Shown here one piece after another: positions 40,259-53,600 of a stretch of DNA of 64,000 bases. The position numbers and the translations under genes were made by a program. Source of the DNA: the human T2T-CHM13v2.0 reference genome, Homo sapiens; NCBI RefSeq assembly GCF_009914755.1, contig NC_060928.1; one strand, 5' to 3'. Within the stretch, counting starts at the first letter, position 1. Every line of letters begins with the position of its first letter. Below the pieces are notes generated by a model. It worked only from the letters and a program-made list of their open reading frames with translations. It was not told the DNA's origin and made no database searches.

Positions 40259-41179
40259 CTCCCCATCCCACGTACTCTTCATGAAGGACTTCAGAAGTAT
40301 AGAAGACTAAGAAATCGCATGGTATTTTTTCTTTTTCTTCCTCCACTGTCATTCCTTCTTGTGCTTACCATCCATCTCCCAGGTGTAAAGTAGAGTCAGT
40401 CACAGAATCTTAGCCTAACCTGATAACTTTGTTCCTTCCCAGGATGAGCAAGGGAGGCAGCAACAGTCTGGAGAAACCAGCCATGGTGTTGGAACCAGAA
40501 GATGATTAGGTAAAGGGGCTTTCCAAACCAGAACAAATGGGTGGAATATATAAACATGTTTTGGATCAAAAAAAAAATACTAGACTTCCTAAAATAAAAC
40601 AGGATGACAGCCCTAACTAATCTTATTTGTTAAAGGAAGTGTGATCCTTGAAAGCTGAAGAAATTGCAAATGTTTGGGTGATAGTTACAAGGAATACAGA
40701 CACACTGGGCAAACATGAAATACTAGGAGTCTGCGGTATTTGGCCTGTAATGGTGGGTCCCTTCTCCCTGTATCTGTTATTTTTCTCTGCCAGAGAAGTT
40801 GCTGGCATTGGTGTTACTGGGGTCCCAGTTACTTTCTACTACATAGCTACGAGGGGAGGGATGAGGAAAACTTGGGGAACTTGCCATCCAGGACCACAGT
40901 CTTGGTATCTTCTGCATGCTTCCCTTGGATAATTAATACTTCTCAGCAATTTTCATTGACTGTGCTTCTATTTAAAGTTAACCCTTTCCTCTCCTCCCAC
41001 TAACTGAATGATCTCCATTCTCCTCAGTCTAAATTGCAAAGGGTAGCATTAGATTGAGGTCATTAACATCTCTCCTGTTAAAAAGAGAGCCTCTTGCAGC
41101 AAGCTGCCTCATAGGTTGCAGACCCATACATGGGTAAGCTAGCCTTAGATCAGATGTCCATGCTCTAAAGAGCATCTTA

Positions 41180-41470
<291 letters not shown>

Positions 41471-42718
41471 AAAGAGCATCCTAGCATTGTGTCTGAGAGC
41501 AGAGAGCTGTGAGCTGGGGATTTCAGCTTGAAGGGGATATTAGCCACCAGGCTAATAGAGGTCCTTAATGAAATGAATACACATTCACATAAGAAAGTAG
41601 CCTTTGATGAAAACACACACACATACAGTGAAATATGTTTCTACTAAAGGTCATGGAATCAAAGAGAGAGGTTCAAGTACTTGTCACCACTACAGACCAC
41701 ACTTATAGATGGGGTTAAGCCAAAACAGCATAGGAAAGTCAAATCTCTTACCGTTCAGGTCAAACTCCTAATATGCTATTAATTGTGGAGCTTTATCTTT
41801 CTAAAATGAGAGGAACACTGCCGGGTCTTTGTTCTGCTTTCTACACTAAAACATGCAGTTGTGGCTTTTATTAGGTCTGAAAGAGAAAGCATACTACGTG
41901 AAATAGTAAACCACAGCTTGATTGTCTCTTGATAATCTATATTCCAGGGAGGCTGCAGTTTATTTATCCAAGTATTGATGAAAGGCTAAATTTTTATAAT
42001 GTACAAGCCAATTTAAACTGTTCTTAAAATGAATAAAGAAGAAAAGTCATACCTACTTGCACAATTACATAATTACATAGTTTTCAGCAATCTCTGAATG
42101 TTTCTTTCTTTTAAATTTTCTTGAGACGTAGCTATTTTTATATCACCTGTAGGTAGATTTTTTTTCTGGGAATCTGAGGAATAAAATTAAAGGTAAATGT
42201 GACTGGCTTCTATCTCAGTGACAGACAATATTCCCAATCCAAATGGCTTATTGGTGAAGAGGCTCAGAATCAATATTTCAGAGACTTGTTTTATCAAAGC
42301 CTGTAGTTCCTGGCCACTGCATTTCTCCTCTCCTTGTAGCTGAGCCATTTGACACTTCTCAGTTCCAAAGGCCTTTCATGAGAGGGTGTTGAAGACAGAC
42401 ACATGATACTGGAAGAGCCAGGTTTGAGATATTTATTGTTCATCCCTCCCAGAGCCTGTGTCCAGTTCTACTGACTGTATTTTTCCTTGTTAGTGAACCC
42501 CCACATTAAAAACAATTTTTTGAAAATTGGCTTTGTATCTTGGACAGGCCATTGAACTTTCAAAGGATTTATCTTTCATCTTTGACATCAAAATGTCTTA
42601 TTAAGACATCTAAGCTACCTTCTGCTCATTGGGTTCCATACTAATAGTGGTGTCAAAGTAATTAACAGTGTGATGTTTTGTGGACTGGTGAGATGGCCAA
42701 AGTCCATGTGAGCTAGGC

Positions 42719-42924
42719 TAGGGGTCAGCAAACTACAGCCTGGAAGTCAAATCTGACCTGCACCCCATTTTTGTAAATCTTGCAAGCTAAGAGTGGTTTT
42801 TGTTTTGTGAAGTTGAAAAAAAAAAGAAAGAAGAAGAAGAATATGGAACAGAGACCATTTGTGGCCTGCAAAGCCTAGAATATTTACTATTTGGCCCTTT
42901 ACAGGAAAAGTTTGCCAATCCCTA
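42719..42924 (+). mobile_element. hAT-Charlie MITE (MER58-like)
   Basis: taggggtcagcaaactacagcc...tttactatttggccctttacaggaaaagtttgccaatcccta inverted termini. Confidence 0.8.
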
Positions 42925-42929
42925 CACTA

Positions 42930-45900
42930 AATTGTCATATAGAGCCAGAGAGTTGATGTAGCCCTTAGTCCATTACTGTTCCTGCCAGTTGAAAGGAAAT
43001 TACTTCTGTGGTCTCTTTTTATTGGAGTATTTTTTTAAAAAGCATTTGCCAACTTGATAGATAGCTCTGTATATCAGACATCAGAGTCTGTGCCGACTGG
43101 CTCCAGAAAATAAACCACATATGGAACAGTGGCTTCAACAGGAATCACTCTCTCATTAAGTTTGTGATAATCCATTGCTATTATTCCGAAGACCCATCTA
43201 TTTTCTCACCAGTCAAACGGGAAAGCTTAATGAGGATGCAAGAACCTAATGAGGATGTGGAGAAATTGGGGGATGTAATAAGAATTATGACCCCTACCTT
43301 TTCCAACTGCTTAATAGCAACCTTGGTCTCTACAACCCCTCCAGGTGTGTGGCATTTTGGTAGTACCCTTAGCACAGAGGCTTTCTCTGGCCCTTCAAAG
43401 CCTTCACTCCATGAATCAGAAAGCCAATGTGGAGATGTTGACGAGTATGTCTATTCCAACTGTGCAAATGGAAACTAGGGAAGTAAACGCAGAACAATTC
43501 ACCAATGGGTCCACATTGTCCCACTGTGAGGCAAACATAGACAAAATCCCTACTTAGATTCCCTGACCCCTATAAGCCTCCTCAGAGTAGAAGACCACAG
43601 TGGCATTCTGGGTCCCCCAGGGTTGATATTAGCTAGAGCGCATGTCAATAATTCCCCAGAGATCTGGGTGGTTCGTTTTGCTGAGAGATGCCTACAAGCC
43701 CTTTTCAGGAGGTGATGAGAATGAAGATGTACAGTACATGCTTGTGGCACTGTCATAGGGTACTTCCTCAAGAGTTCCTGGCTTCCCCATCATTTATGGG
43801 CGATGGGTCTATGAACCAGTAATAGGACCATAACTCTTCATTGTAGTTCCTCAGATCACCTAGAGTTTTGTTTTTGCTTTGGTGTCAGTTTATACAGATC
43901 AAAGGGGATGATAATGGCTGCATTCCTCTTTCAGTCCTAGCAACTTCTCACTCCATTAGCCACTCCCAGTCAAACCTCGTGATCATCGCTCAAGTTCTAC
44001 TATCGTTATATTGCAGTAACCACACCTACTTTGCCTCTGTCTTTGAGCCCTATCATTGTGCTGTCCTTTGCATTCTGCCATCTAGGCCCCTATCTCCCCA
44101 TAGAAATCATTCTCCTACCTAGGTCCCCATCCCACTGTGGAAATCAGAGAGTCCTTTTCTTTGGCAGCTGCTCCTACAACCATCAGGTCTGGCCTGCAGA
44201 GGACAGCCATTCTGATACTTATCAAGTTATTTCTTGATGAAAGTAGTGCCTCAATGAAGAAGGTAAATTCTGGGCTCTCTTGTGAGGCATAGCTAGGTAT
44301 AGATGAGTGATTTGCATGTGATAAATATACCCCAATGTTTCCTTATGTTTGCATCCATTTCTCTACATTATCCCAAGAAATTTCTGGCATCATAACTTAA
44401 GCATTGACTGCCAATGCACCCACATTTCTATCAAACACTCTGAGCTGCTCAAGTGAGCATATTGAACCCAGTATCTCTGGCAAGTGCACTCAATGCAAAA
44501 TATTCAACCCAATCTAAAATTATGCTTCTCCTTTCCTGGTTTGGAGCCACTGAAATCCACTGCCACACATATTCCAGGTTTTTGCCATTGCATATGAGCA
44601 AACTCTTGTGATTCTTTTTGTTGGGTAAGACTTATCCCTTCAGCTTTGACTTGGTGTTTGTTTGCCACCACATCAGCATGCTGGATTTGCTTCTACTTAA
44701 GGATTGGAAGGAAATGCTAGAGGGTAGGGCATGTAGAGAGGATTGACACCTCCTTGTGGGTTAACTCCCTCCAGTGAGGTTATTGCAGGGCCCTCAGGCC
44801 AAAAAGAAACAGCCTCATAAAACAGGAAACAGGTTTGCTTCTGCTTTCAAGAAATACTTAATTTTGTCAAAGGCCTTTTCTGCATCTATTGAGATAATCA
44901 CAAGGTTTTTGTCTTTGGTTCTCTTTATATGATGGATTATGTTTATTGATTTGCGTATGGTGAAACTGGCTAGCCATATGCAGAAAGCTGAAACTGGATC
45001 CCTTCCTTACACCTTATACAAAAATTAATTCAAGATGGATTAAAGACTTAAATGTTAGACCTAAAACCATAAAAATCCTAGAAGAAAACCTGGGCAATAC
45101 CATTCAGGACATAGGCATGGGCAAGGACTTCATGACTAAAACACCAAAAGCAATGGTAACAAAAACCAAAATTGACAAATGGGATCTAATTAAACTAAAG
45201 AGCTTCTGCACAGCAAAAGAAACTACCATCAGAGTGAACAGGCAACCTACAGAATGGGAGAAAATTTTTACAATCTACCCATCTGACAAAGAGCTAATAT
45301 CCAGAATTTACAAAGAACTTAAACAAATTTACAAGAAAAAATCAAACAACCCAATCAAAAAGTGGGCAAAGGATATGAACAGACAGTTCTCAAAAGAAGA
45401 CATTTATGCAGCCAACAGACACATGAAAAAATGCTCATCATCATGGCCACCAGAGAAATGCAAATCAAAATCACAATGAGATACCATCTCACACCAGGTA
45501 GAATGGCGATCATTAAAAAGTCAGGAAACAACAGGTGATGGAAAGGATGTGGAGAAATAGGCACACTTTTACACTGTTGGTGGGACTGTAAACCAGTTCA
45601 ACCATTGTGGAAGACAGTGTGGTGATCCCTCAAGGATGTAGAACTAGAAATACCATTTGACCCAGCCATCCCATTACTGGGTATATACCCAAAGGATTAT
45701 AAATCATGCTGCTATAAAGACACATGCACACGTATGTTTACTGCAGCACTATTCACAACAGCAAAAACATGGAATCAACCTAAATGCCCATCAGTGGTAG
45801 ACTGGATAAAGAAAATGTGGCACATATACACCATGGAATACTATGTAGCCATTAAAAAGAAAGAGTTCATATCCTTTGTAGGCACATGGATGAAGCTGGA

Positions 45901-46700
45901 AACCATCATTCTGAGCAAACTATCGCAAGGACAGAAAACCATACACCGCATGTTCTCACTCATAGGTGAGAATTGAACAATGAGAACACTTGGATACAGG
46001 GTGGGGAACATCACACACTGGGGCCTGTTGTCGGGTGGGGGGAGGGGGGAGGGATAGCATTAGGAGATATACCTAATGTAAATTACGAGTTAACGGATGC
46101 AGCACACCAACATGGCGCATGTAAACATAAGTAGCAAAGCTGCACGTTGTGCACATGTACCCTAGAACTTAAAGTATAATAAAATAAAATAAAAAGAAAT
46201 ACTTAGTGAAATTTGAGTTTTTAAGGTACTTGGAGACATAAGAATGTATCATATGTCCCTGGTTCAGTTTTCCTGGTCCCATTCCTTCCAATAAATGTCC
46301 TAATGCTCACATAAAAAGCTTTTTAAATGTATGAATTCATCCTGCCTTGCAGTTCAGCAACTTAAGAATCATACTGGTTCTGCTTTTTGGCTCTGTCAGT
46401 GCAGCAACTACAAGACAGAGGAGATTCTTAAAGGCAACCATAGAAGTTCCTTGATTATCTGACCATGCTTTAAACAGAGAACTTTAAGTCCCATTTTATC
46501 ATTTTTTCTTTAAGCTTTTTGAAACAGAGGAAAAACTTCAGTACCTCACACACACACACAACAATCATTACATTCTTTATTTTTCCCATAATGATCAGCG
46601 TTACTTAACACTTCAAAACATCACCTTTGATAGACTTCTTATTCTAAACAACCCCAAGTGATTATTTAAGTTAATATATTAACAGCATGTACCAGTTATA
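42930..46700 (-). mobile_element. Degenerate ERVL-class proviral internal region (gag-pro-RT), interrupted by an L1PA
   Basis: Minus-frame peptides CHTPGGVVETKVAIKQLEKVGVIILITSP...EKIDGS (RT N-terminus-like) and QISGELLTCALANINPGGP (protease-like); frameshifted. Confidence 0.7.
44861..46193 (+). mobile_element. 5'-truncated, 5'-inverted L1PA (L1PA5/6-like)
   Basis: ORF2 C-terminus ([30 protein letters not shown]), 3' UTR, A tail; antisense ORF2 piece at 44861-44964; exact TSD aagaaatactta. Confidence 0.95.
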
Positions 46701-47129
46701 ATGCTCAGAGAATCTTAGCTGTCTTCAGTTCAAACTGGTGAGCGAATGAATCACAGAAGCTCATTTATTTGAGAGTCTGTTGCTTGCAACCACTGGAGAC
46801 AGCAATTACTCTATTGGGATTTAATTGTACAGAACAAAAGCCACTTTAGGTTGTGTCAACAGAAAGAAATTTGTTTTATGAGTTGTGAAATGGTGTATAA
46901 AATTGTTTATAAACTGAAGAGACTTTAGACTGATCTTCCAGAAAAATCTCTTAAATCATGATGCTGAAATGGACCACCCAAAATGCTGTTGCCATGGTCA
47001 TAATCAGGAAGCTGCCTGATAAATCAATAAGCCATGATGACAGCTGCTAACTCAAGATCAAAGCACTCCCACTTTGATCTGCACCAGCAAAAGTAGGCAC
47101 CTCATGCCACTTTTCCCTCTATTTTTTGT

Positions 47130-47970
47130 CTAATTTTTAAAATTTGGGTAAAATTAACAGTTACACAGCCATCACCAACATCCATCTGCATAAGTCTTTT
47201 CATCTTATAAAACTAGAACTCCTGACTCATTCAACGCTAACTTACTACTTATCTCCCCTTCCCCCCCAGCCCCTCATAACCACCCTTCTACCTTCTGTCT
47301 CTTATGGTTTTGACTACCCTAAGTACCTCATATATGTGGAATCATGTGGTATTTGTCTTTCAGTGACTGGCTTATTTCACTTAGCAAATGTCCTCAAGGT
47401 TCATCTATGTGGTAGTGCATGTCAGAATTTCCTTCCTTTTGAAGGCTGAATGATATTCCCTCATATGTATATACCATATTTTGCAGCATTTATTCATCAG
47501 TGGACACTTGGTTTGCTTCCATATTTTAGCTATTGTGACTAATGCTGCTACGAACATGAGTGTGCAAATATCTCAAGGCCTTGCTTTTGATTTATTTATA
47601 TGTATATACAGAAATGGAATCACTGGATCATATGGTAATTCTATTTTTAATTTTTTGAGGAGCTGCCATACTGTTTTCCACAGCACTGCATCATTTTACA
47701 TTCCCACCAACCGTGCACAAGTATTCTGATTTGTCCACATCATCACTAACACTTATTTTCTATTTTGTCAATAGTAGCCATCCTAATGGGTGTGAGAGAG
47801 TATCAAATTGTAGCTTTGACTTCCGTTTCCCTGGTGATTAGTGACATTGAGCATCTTCTCATGTTCTTATTGGCCATTTGCATATCTTCTTTGGAGAAAT
47901 GTCTATTGAAGTCCATTTTCCATTTTTGATTAGAGTTTTGGGTTTTACGTTGTTGAGTTTCCCTTCGTTT
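47130..47970 (-). mobile_element. L1MB/L1MA-type 3' fragment
   Basis: Antisense ORF2 end and 3' UTR (ggacacttggtttgcttcc, ggatcatatggtaattctatttttaa, ttggagaaatgtctatt). Confidence 0.8.
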
Positions 47971-48858
47971 TTATTTCAGTTCTAGATTTAAGTCTTATGT
48001 GAGGCCATTTGGTTGGCAGAGCATACATTACATCCAGAAATGTGGGAAATGCAGATTTTAGCTCGACGGCCTCTGCAGTGTAGAAAGGCGCACTAGAAAG
48101 AGGTGGGAATCAATTCTGAGCAAGCCAATCCGCACTATCCATGACAGTTCTCTCCCTGAACACTTCCTGTGATTGGAACCCTGCTACCTGCTGACAGGAT
48201 TGCCTGATGTCAACGTATCTGTCTTGCTAAATGTCCTTACATTGACAGCTCTTAGATTGTTCATACCATCCATTAGATAAATATCCACCATCCTATTATT
48301 TGGTATTAAAACTCTTCCTCAATAAGAACTACTTTCCTGGAGCATTTCTGTGTGCCTCTCCTGGTCATACTAAGTGCATGTAGCTTTCTGCTTACGAGGG
48401 TGAGCATTTCCTATCCCTGCTGCTGTCTTCACAGCACTTACCCCACAGAAAGATCTCAGGCACTGACAAGATATCCAATCTCAATGCTATGTTGTATCAA
48501 GTCTCATATATTGATAAATAAGTCTTAGTGGCATTAATCTAAATAAATTACTATTCCAAATTCTCAGAGAAATCCATTTCCTCTCCTATAAACTTTAGTT
48601 TCTTGGTATGACTTGGTATTAGTATTTATCAAGTCATATCCAGAAACTAAACAATATCTTGAAACTTCCTTTTAAATCAGATGCATGTACAAAGCTGTAT
48701 ACTTTTTCTGATTCAAATACTTCTTCTTGTTTCCAAAAGAATATTAATTGTGCTGATCCATTCTCAGTTAACTGGGTCTACCCTAATGAATGAATCTCTT
48801 TTCTTTCAAATCCCTTGACTTACTCTGTTGTCTTTGTGTTTGATTTTAAGATTTTTCT

Positions 48859-49176
<318 letters not shown>

Positions 49177-50622
49177 CTAATACAAAACAAATGATGTAGC
49201 TTATTTCTACATGTAATTCGCTTTCAAAAAGTTTTTTTTTTCTGTCAATAAATTACATACAGATTAAATTTATCCTCACTACCCTAGGACCCTTCTGTGC
49301 TGGCCATACCAGAGTTTAAAAGGAGAATGGAGAAAATAGTAGCTTTGTCAAACTATGTTGAATCTTCCTAATAACTGGCCTATCACAGATTATATTCTTG
49401 ATCTTATACACAATTTATATCAATTTGAATATAGAATAGGTAAGGAAGGTAAGGATTCCGTTTTATCTGTACTTGACATTTTTGTTAAATTGGTAACTTT
49501 TGCCACCAATAAAATATGCATTTTGTTCTAAAACAACTGTTATATATATTTTTGAGATTAGGTCTCCAGCATATAGTTGCAAAGTTTCTATCTTTGATGA
49601 GTTAGAATATTGGTTTTGTCTAAATGTGTCTGGCATGTTTGATTCTAAAAATAAGTTTTGGATAGCTTCCAGGTTAGCCTTCTGAGATTACATAATTTTC
49701 CCAAGTTATTAATATCATTCAATGATAATCATTCCATGCTTTTTTTAAAAACAACATGTGGTCTCCTTTACTACCATTATCATCCCTAAGTCACTCTTCT
49801 TTTCTTTTAAGGGGGTCTTGACTAAGAGAGGCATTAATTAATTCTATCTTCCTAATCAGCAGTAATAGGAAATGTGGGCCCCTCAGATAGCTCTGGTTCC
49901 AAGGACACCCCATGTACTTTCAGGCTTTTGAAAACAGTCACTTCTAGTTGTTCAGAATTCCCTTTTTAATTGTTCCCGCACTGTTTGCCAATGCAGAAGC
50001 AAGCCACATGGTAGGCTCTGCATTCCCCTGTGTTTAAATCCAGGTCTGCACATGGTTAGCAAAGCACGACACAGCAGACAAAATCAATGGCTTTGGTTCT
50101 CTGCAGCTTGTCTTCATGATCGATGGAATATTGCAGCTGGGCTAATTATGCGGCAATTTACATGGATTGTTAAGAGCGGCAGTGGTGAATCCTACTGACA
50201 ACATTTGCCATACTAAGACTTGCTTCTTCTTGGCCTGTGCAGATACAGGATAATTGAAATACCTTCTGAATTTATATAATTTTTAGGTCCATAATTCCAT
50301 GTGGTCCAAATAAGCCCAAGAGAGAATACAGCTTTCTATTTACATAAGGCTTTAAAATATGACTTGGAGATTAAAGTGGGCAAATTTTTTTCTTACAGGT
50401 TTCCAGTTATTATTCTGTTTTTTTCCTTTAAAATTAAAGCAGTTGCAGAACAGTATGCATGCACTTAATTTTATATATGAGCAAGTTGTGTCAGCCTATA
50501 TCATTGTGCCTATAACACTGATTTAATATCAAATAGATCTCAAGACATTTTTTCACCTTTAAACATTAAACTCAATGGAGGCTTGAAGCTCTAGCTATTT
50601 TACATTTAAGAGTCAATTTCTG

Positions 50623-53600
50623 GAAAGAAATTTGGGCAAGATGGCCAAATAGGAACAGCTCCAGTCTGCAGCTCCCAGGGAATCAATGCAGAAGGCAGGT
50701 GACTTCTGCATTTCCAACTGAGGTACCCAGCTCATCTTACTGGGACTGGTTAGACAGGGGGTGCAGCCCACAGAGAGTGAGCCAAAGCAGGGCGAGGCAT
50801 CTCTTCACCCAAGAAGGGCAAAGGGTTGGGGAACTCCCTCCAATAGCCAAGGGAAGCCTCGAGGGACTGTGCTGTGAGGAATGGTGCATTCTAGCCCAGA
50901 TATTATGCTTTTCCCAAGGTCTTCCCAACCCGCAGACCAGGAGATTCCCTTGGGTGCCTACACCACCAGGTCCCTGGGTTTCAAGCACAAAATTGGGTGG
51001 CCATTTGGGCAGACACCAAGCTAGCTGCAGCAGTTTTTTTTTTTCATGCCCCAGTGGCACCTGGAATGCCAGCAAGACAGAACCATTCACTCCCCTGGAA
51101 AGGGGGCTGAAGCCAGGGAGCCAAGTGGTCTAGCTCAGTAGATCCCACCCCCAAGGAGCCCAGCAAGCTAAGATCCACTGCCTTGAAATTCTCACTGCCA
51201 GCATAGCCATCCGAAGTCTACCTGGGACACTTGAGCTTGGTGGGGTGAAGGGCATCTGCCGTAACTGAGGCTGGAGTAGGTGGTTTTCCCCTCACAGTGT
51301 AAACAAAGCTGCAAGTTCAAACTGGGTAGAGCCCTTTGCAGCTCCACAAAGTCACTGTAGTCAGACTGCCTCTCTAGATTCCTCCTCTCTGGACAGGGCA
51401 TCTCTGAAAGAAAGACAGCAGCCCCAGTCAGGGGCTTATAGATAAAACTCCCATCTCCCTGGGACAGAGCACCTGGGGGAAGGGACAGCTGTGGGCACAT
51501 CTTCAGCAGACTTACACATTCCTGCCTGCCGGCTGTGAAGACAGCAGTGGATCTCCCAGCACAGTGCTCAAGCTCCGCTAAGGGACAGACTGCCTCCTCA
51601 AGTGGGTCCCTGACCCCCGTGTCTCCTGGGAGACACCTCCCAGCAGGGGTTGACAGATAGCTCATACAAGAGAGCTCTGGCTGGCATCTGGTGGGTGACC
51701 CTCTGGGATGAAGCTTCCAGAGGAAGGAACAGGCAGCAATCTTTTCTGTTCTGCACCTCTGTTGGTGATACCCAGGCAAACAGAGTCTGGAATGGACCTC
51801 CAGCAAACCCCTGCAGACCTGCAGCAGAGGGGCCTCAGTGATAGAAGTAAAACTAACAAAGAGAAAGGAATATCATCAACATCAACTAAAAGGACATCCA
51901 CAAAAAAGCCCATCCTAAGGTCACCAACATCAAAGACCACAGGTAGATAAATCCATGAAAATGAGCACAAACCAGCACAAAAAGGCTGAAAATTCCAAAA
52001 GCCAGAACGCCTCTTCTCCTCCAGAGGAACACAACTCCTTACCAGCAAGGGAACAAAACTGGTTGGAGATTGAGTTTGACAAATTGACAGAAGTAGGCTT
52101 CAGAAGGTGGGAAATAAAAACTCCTACAAGCTAAAGGAGCATGTTCTAACCCAATGCAAAGAACCTAAGAACCTTGAAAAAAGTTAGAGTAACTGCTAAC
52201 AAAAGTAACCAGTTTACAGAAGAACATAAATGTCTTAATGGAGCTGAAAAACACAGCACAAGAACTTTGTGAAGCATACACAAGGATCAATAGCCAAATC
52301 AATCAAGCAAAAGAAAGGATATAAGAGATTGAAGATCAACTTAATGAAATAAAGCATGAAGACAAGATTAGAGAAAAAAGAATGAAAAGGAATGAACAAA
52401 GCTTCCAGGAAATATGGGACTATGTGAAAAAACCAAACCTACATTTGATTGGTGTACCTGAAAGTGATGGGTAGAATGGAACCAAGTTGGAAAACATACT
52501 TCAGGTTAGCATCCAGGAGAACTTCCCCAACCTAACAAGACAGGCCAACATTCAAATTCAGGAAATACAGAGAACACCACAAAGATACTCATCAAGAAGA
52601 ACAACCCCAAGACACATAATTGTCAGATTCACCATGGTTGAAATGAGGAAAAAACGTTAAAAGCAGCCAGAGAGTAAGGTCAGGTTACTCACAAAGGGAA
52701 GCCCATCAGACTAACAGTGAATTTCTCTGCAGAAACCCTACAAGCTAGAAGAAGTGAGAATCAATATTCAACATCTGTAAAGAAGAAAAATTTCAACCCA
52801 GAATTTTGTATCCAGCCAAAGTAAGTTTCATAAGAGAAGGAGAAATAAAATCCTTTACAGACAAGCAAATGCTGAGAGATTTTTTGTCACCACCAGGCCT
52901 GCCTTACAAGAGCTCCTCAAGGAAGCACTAAATATGGAAAGGAAAAACTGGAATCAGCCATTGCAAAAACATACCAAATTGTAAAGACCATTGACACTAT
53001 GAAGAAACTGCATCAACTAACGGGCAAATAACATGAACTAATGGGTGAAATAACCAGCTGGCATCATAATGACAGAGTCAAATTCACACATAACAATATT
53101 AACCCTAAATGTAAATGGGCTAAATGCCCCAATTAAAAGACAAAGCCAGGCAAATTGGACAAAGAGTCAAGACCCATCGGTGTGCTGTATTCAGGAGACC
53201 CATCTCAAGTGCAAAGACACACATAGGCTCAAAATAAAGGGATGGAAGTATATTTACCTAGCAAATGGAAGGCAAAACAAAACAAAACAAAACAAAACAA
53301 AACAAAACAAAACAGGGGCTGCAATCATAGTCTCTGATAAAACAGACCTTAAACCAACAAAGATCAAAAAAGAAAATAAAGGGCATTACATAATGGTAAA
53401 GGGATCAACACAACAAGAAGAGCTAACTATCCTTAATATGTATATACACCCAATGACAGAACCAATGACAAAACCACATGATTATCTCAATAGATGCAGA
53501 AAAGGCCTTCAATAAAATTCAACACCATTTCATGCTAAAAACTCTCAATAAACTAGGTATTGATGGAACATATCTCAAAATAATAAGAGCTATTTATGAC

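Noticed and set aside
43164-43771. Retroviral protease/RT-like peptides as a domesticated gene
   Set aside because: Short, frameshifted and catalytically degenerate, and interrupted by an L1; an ordinary ERVL fossil.
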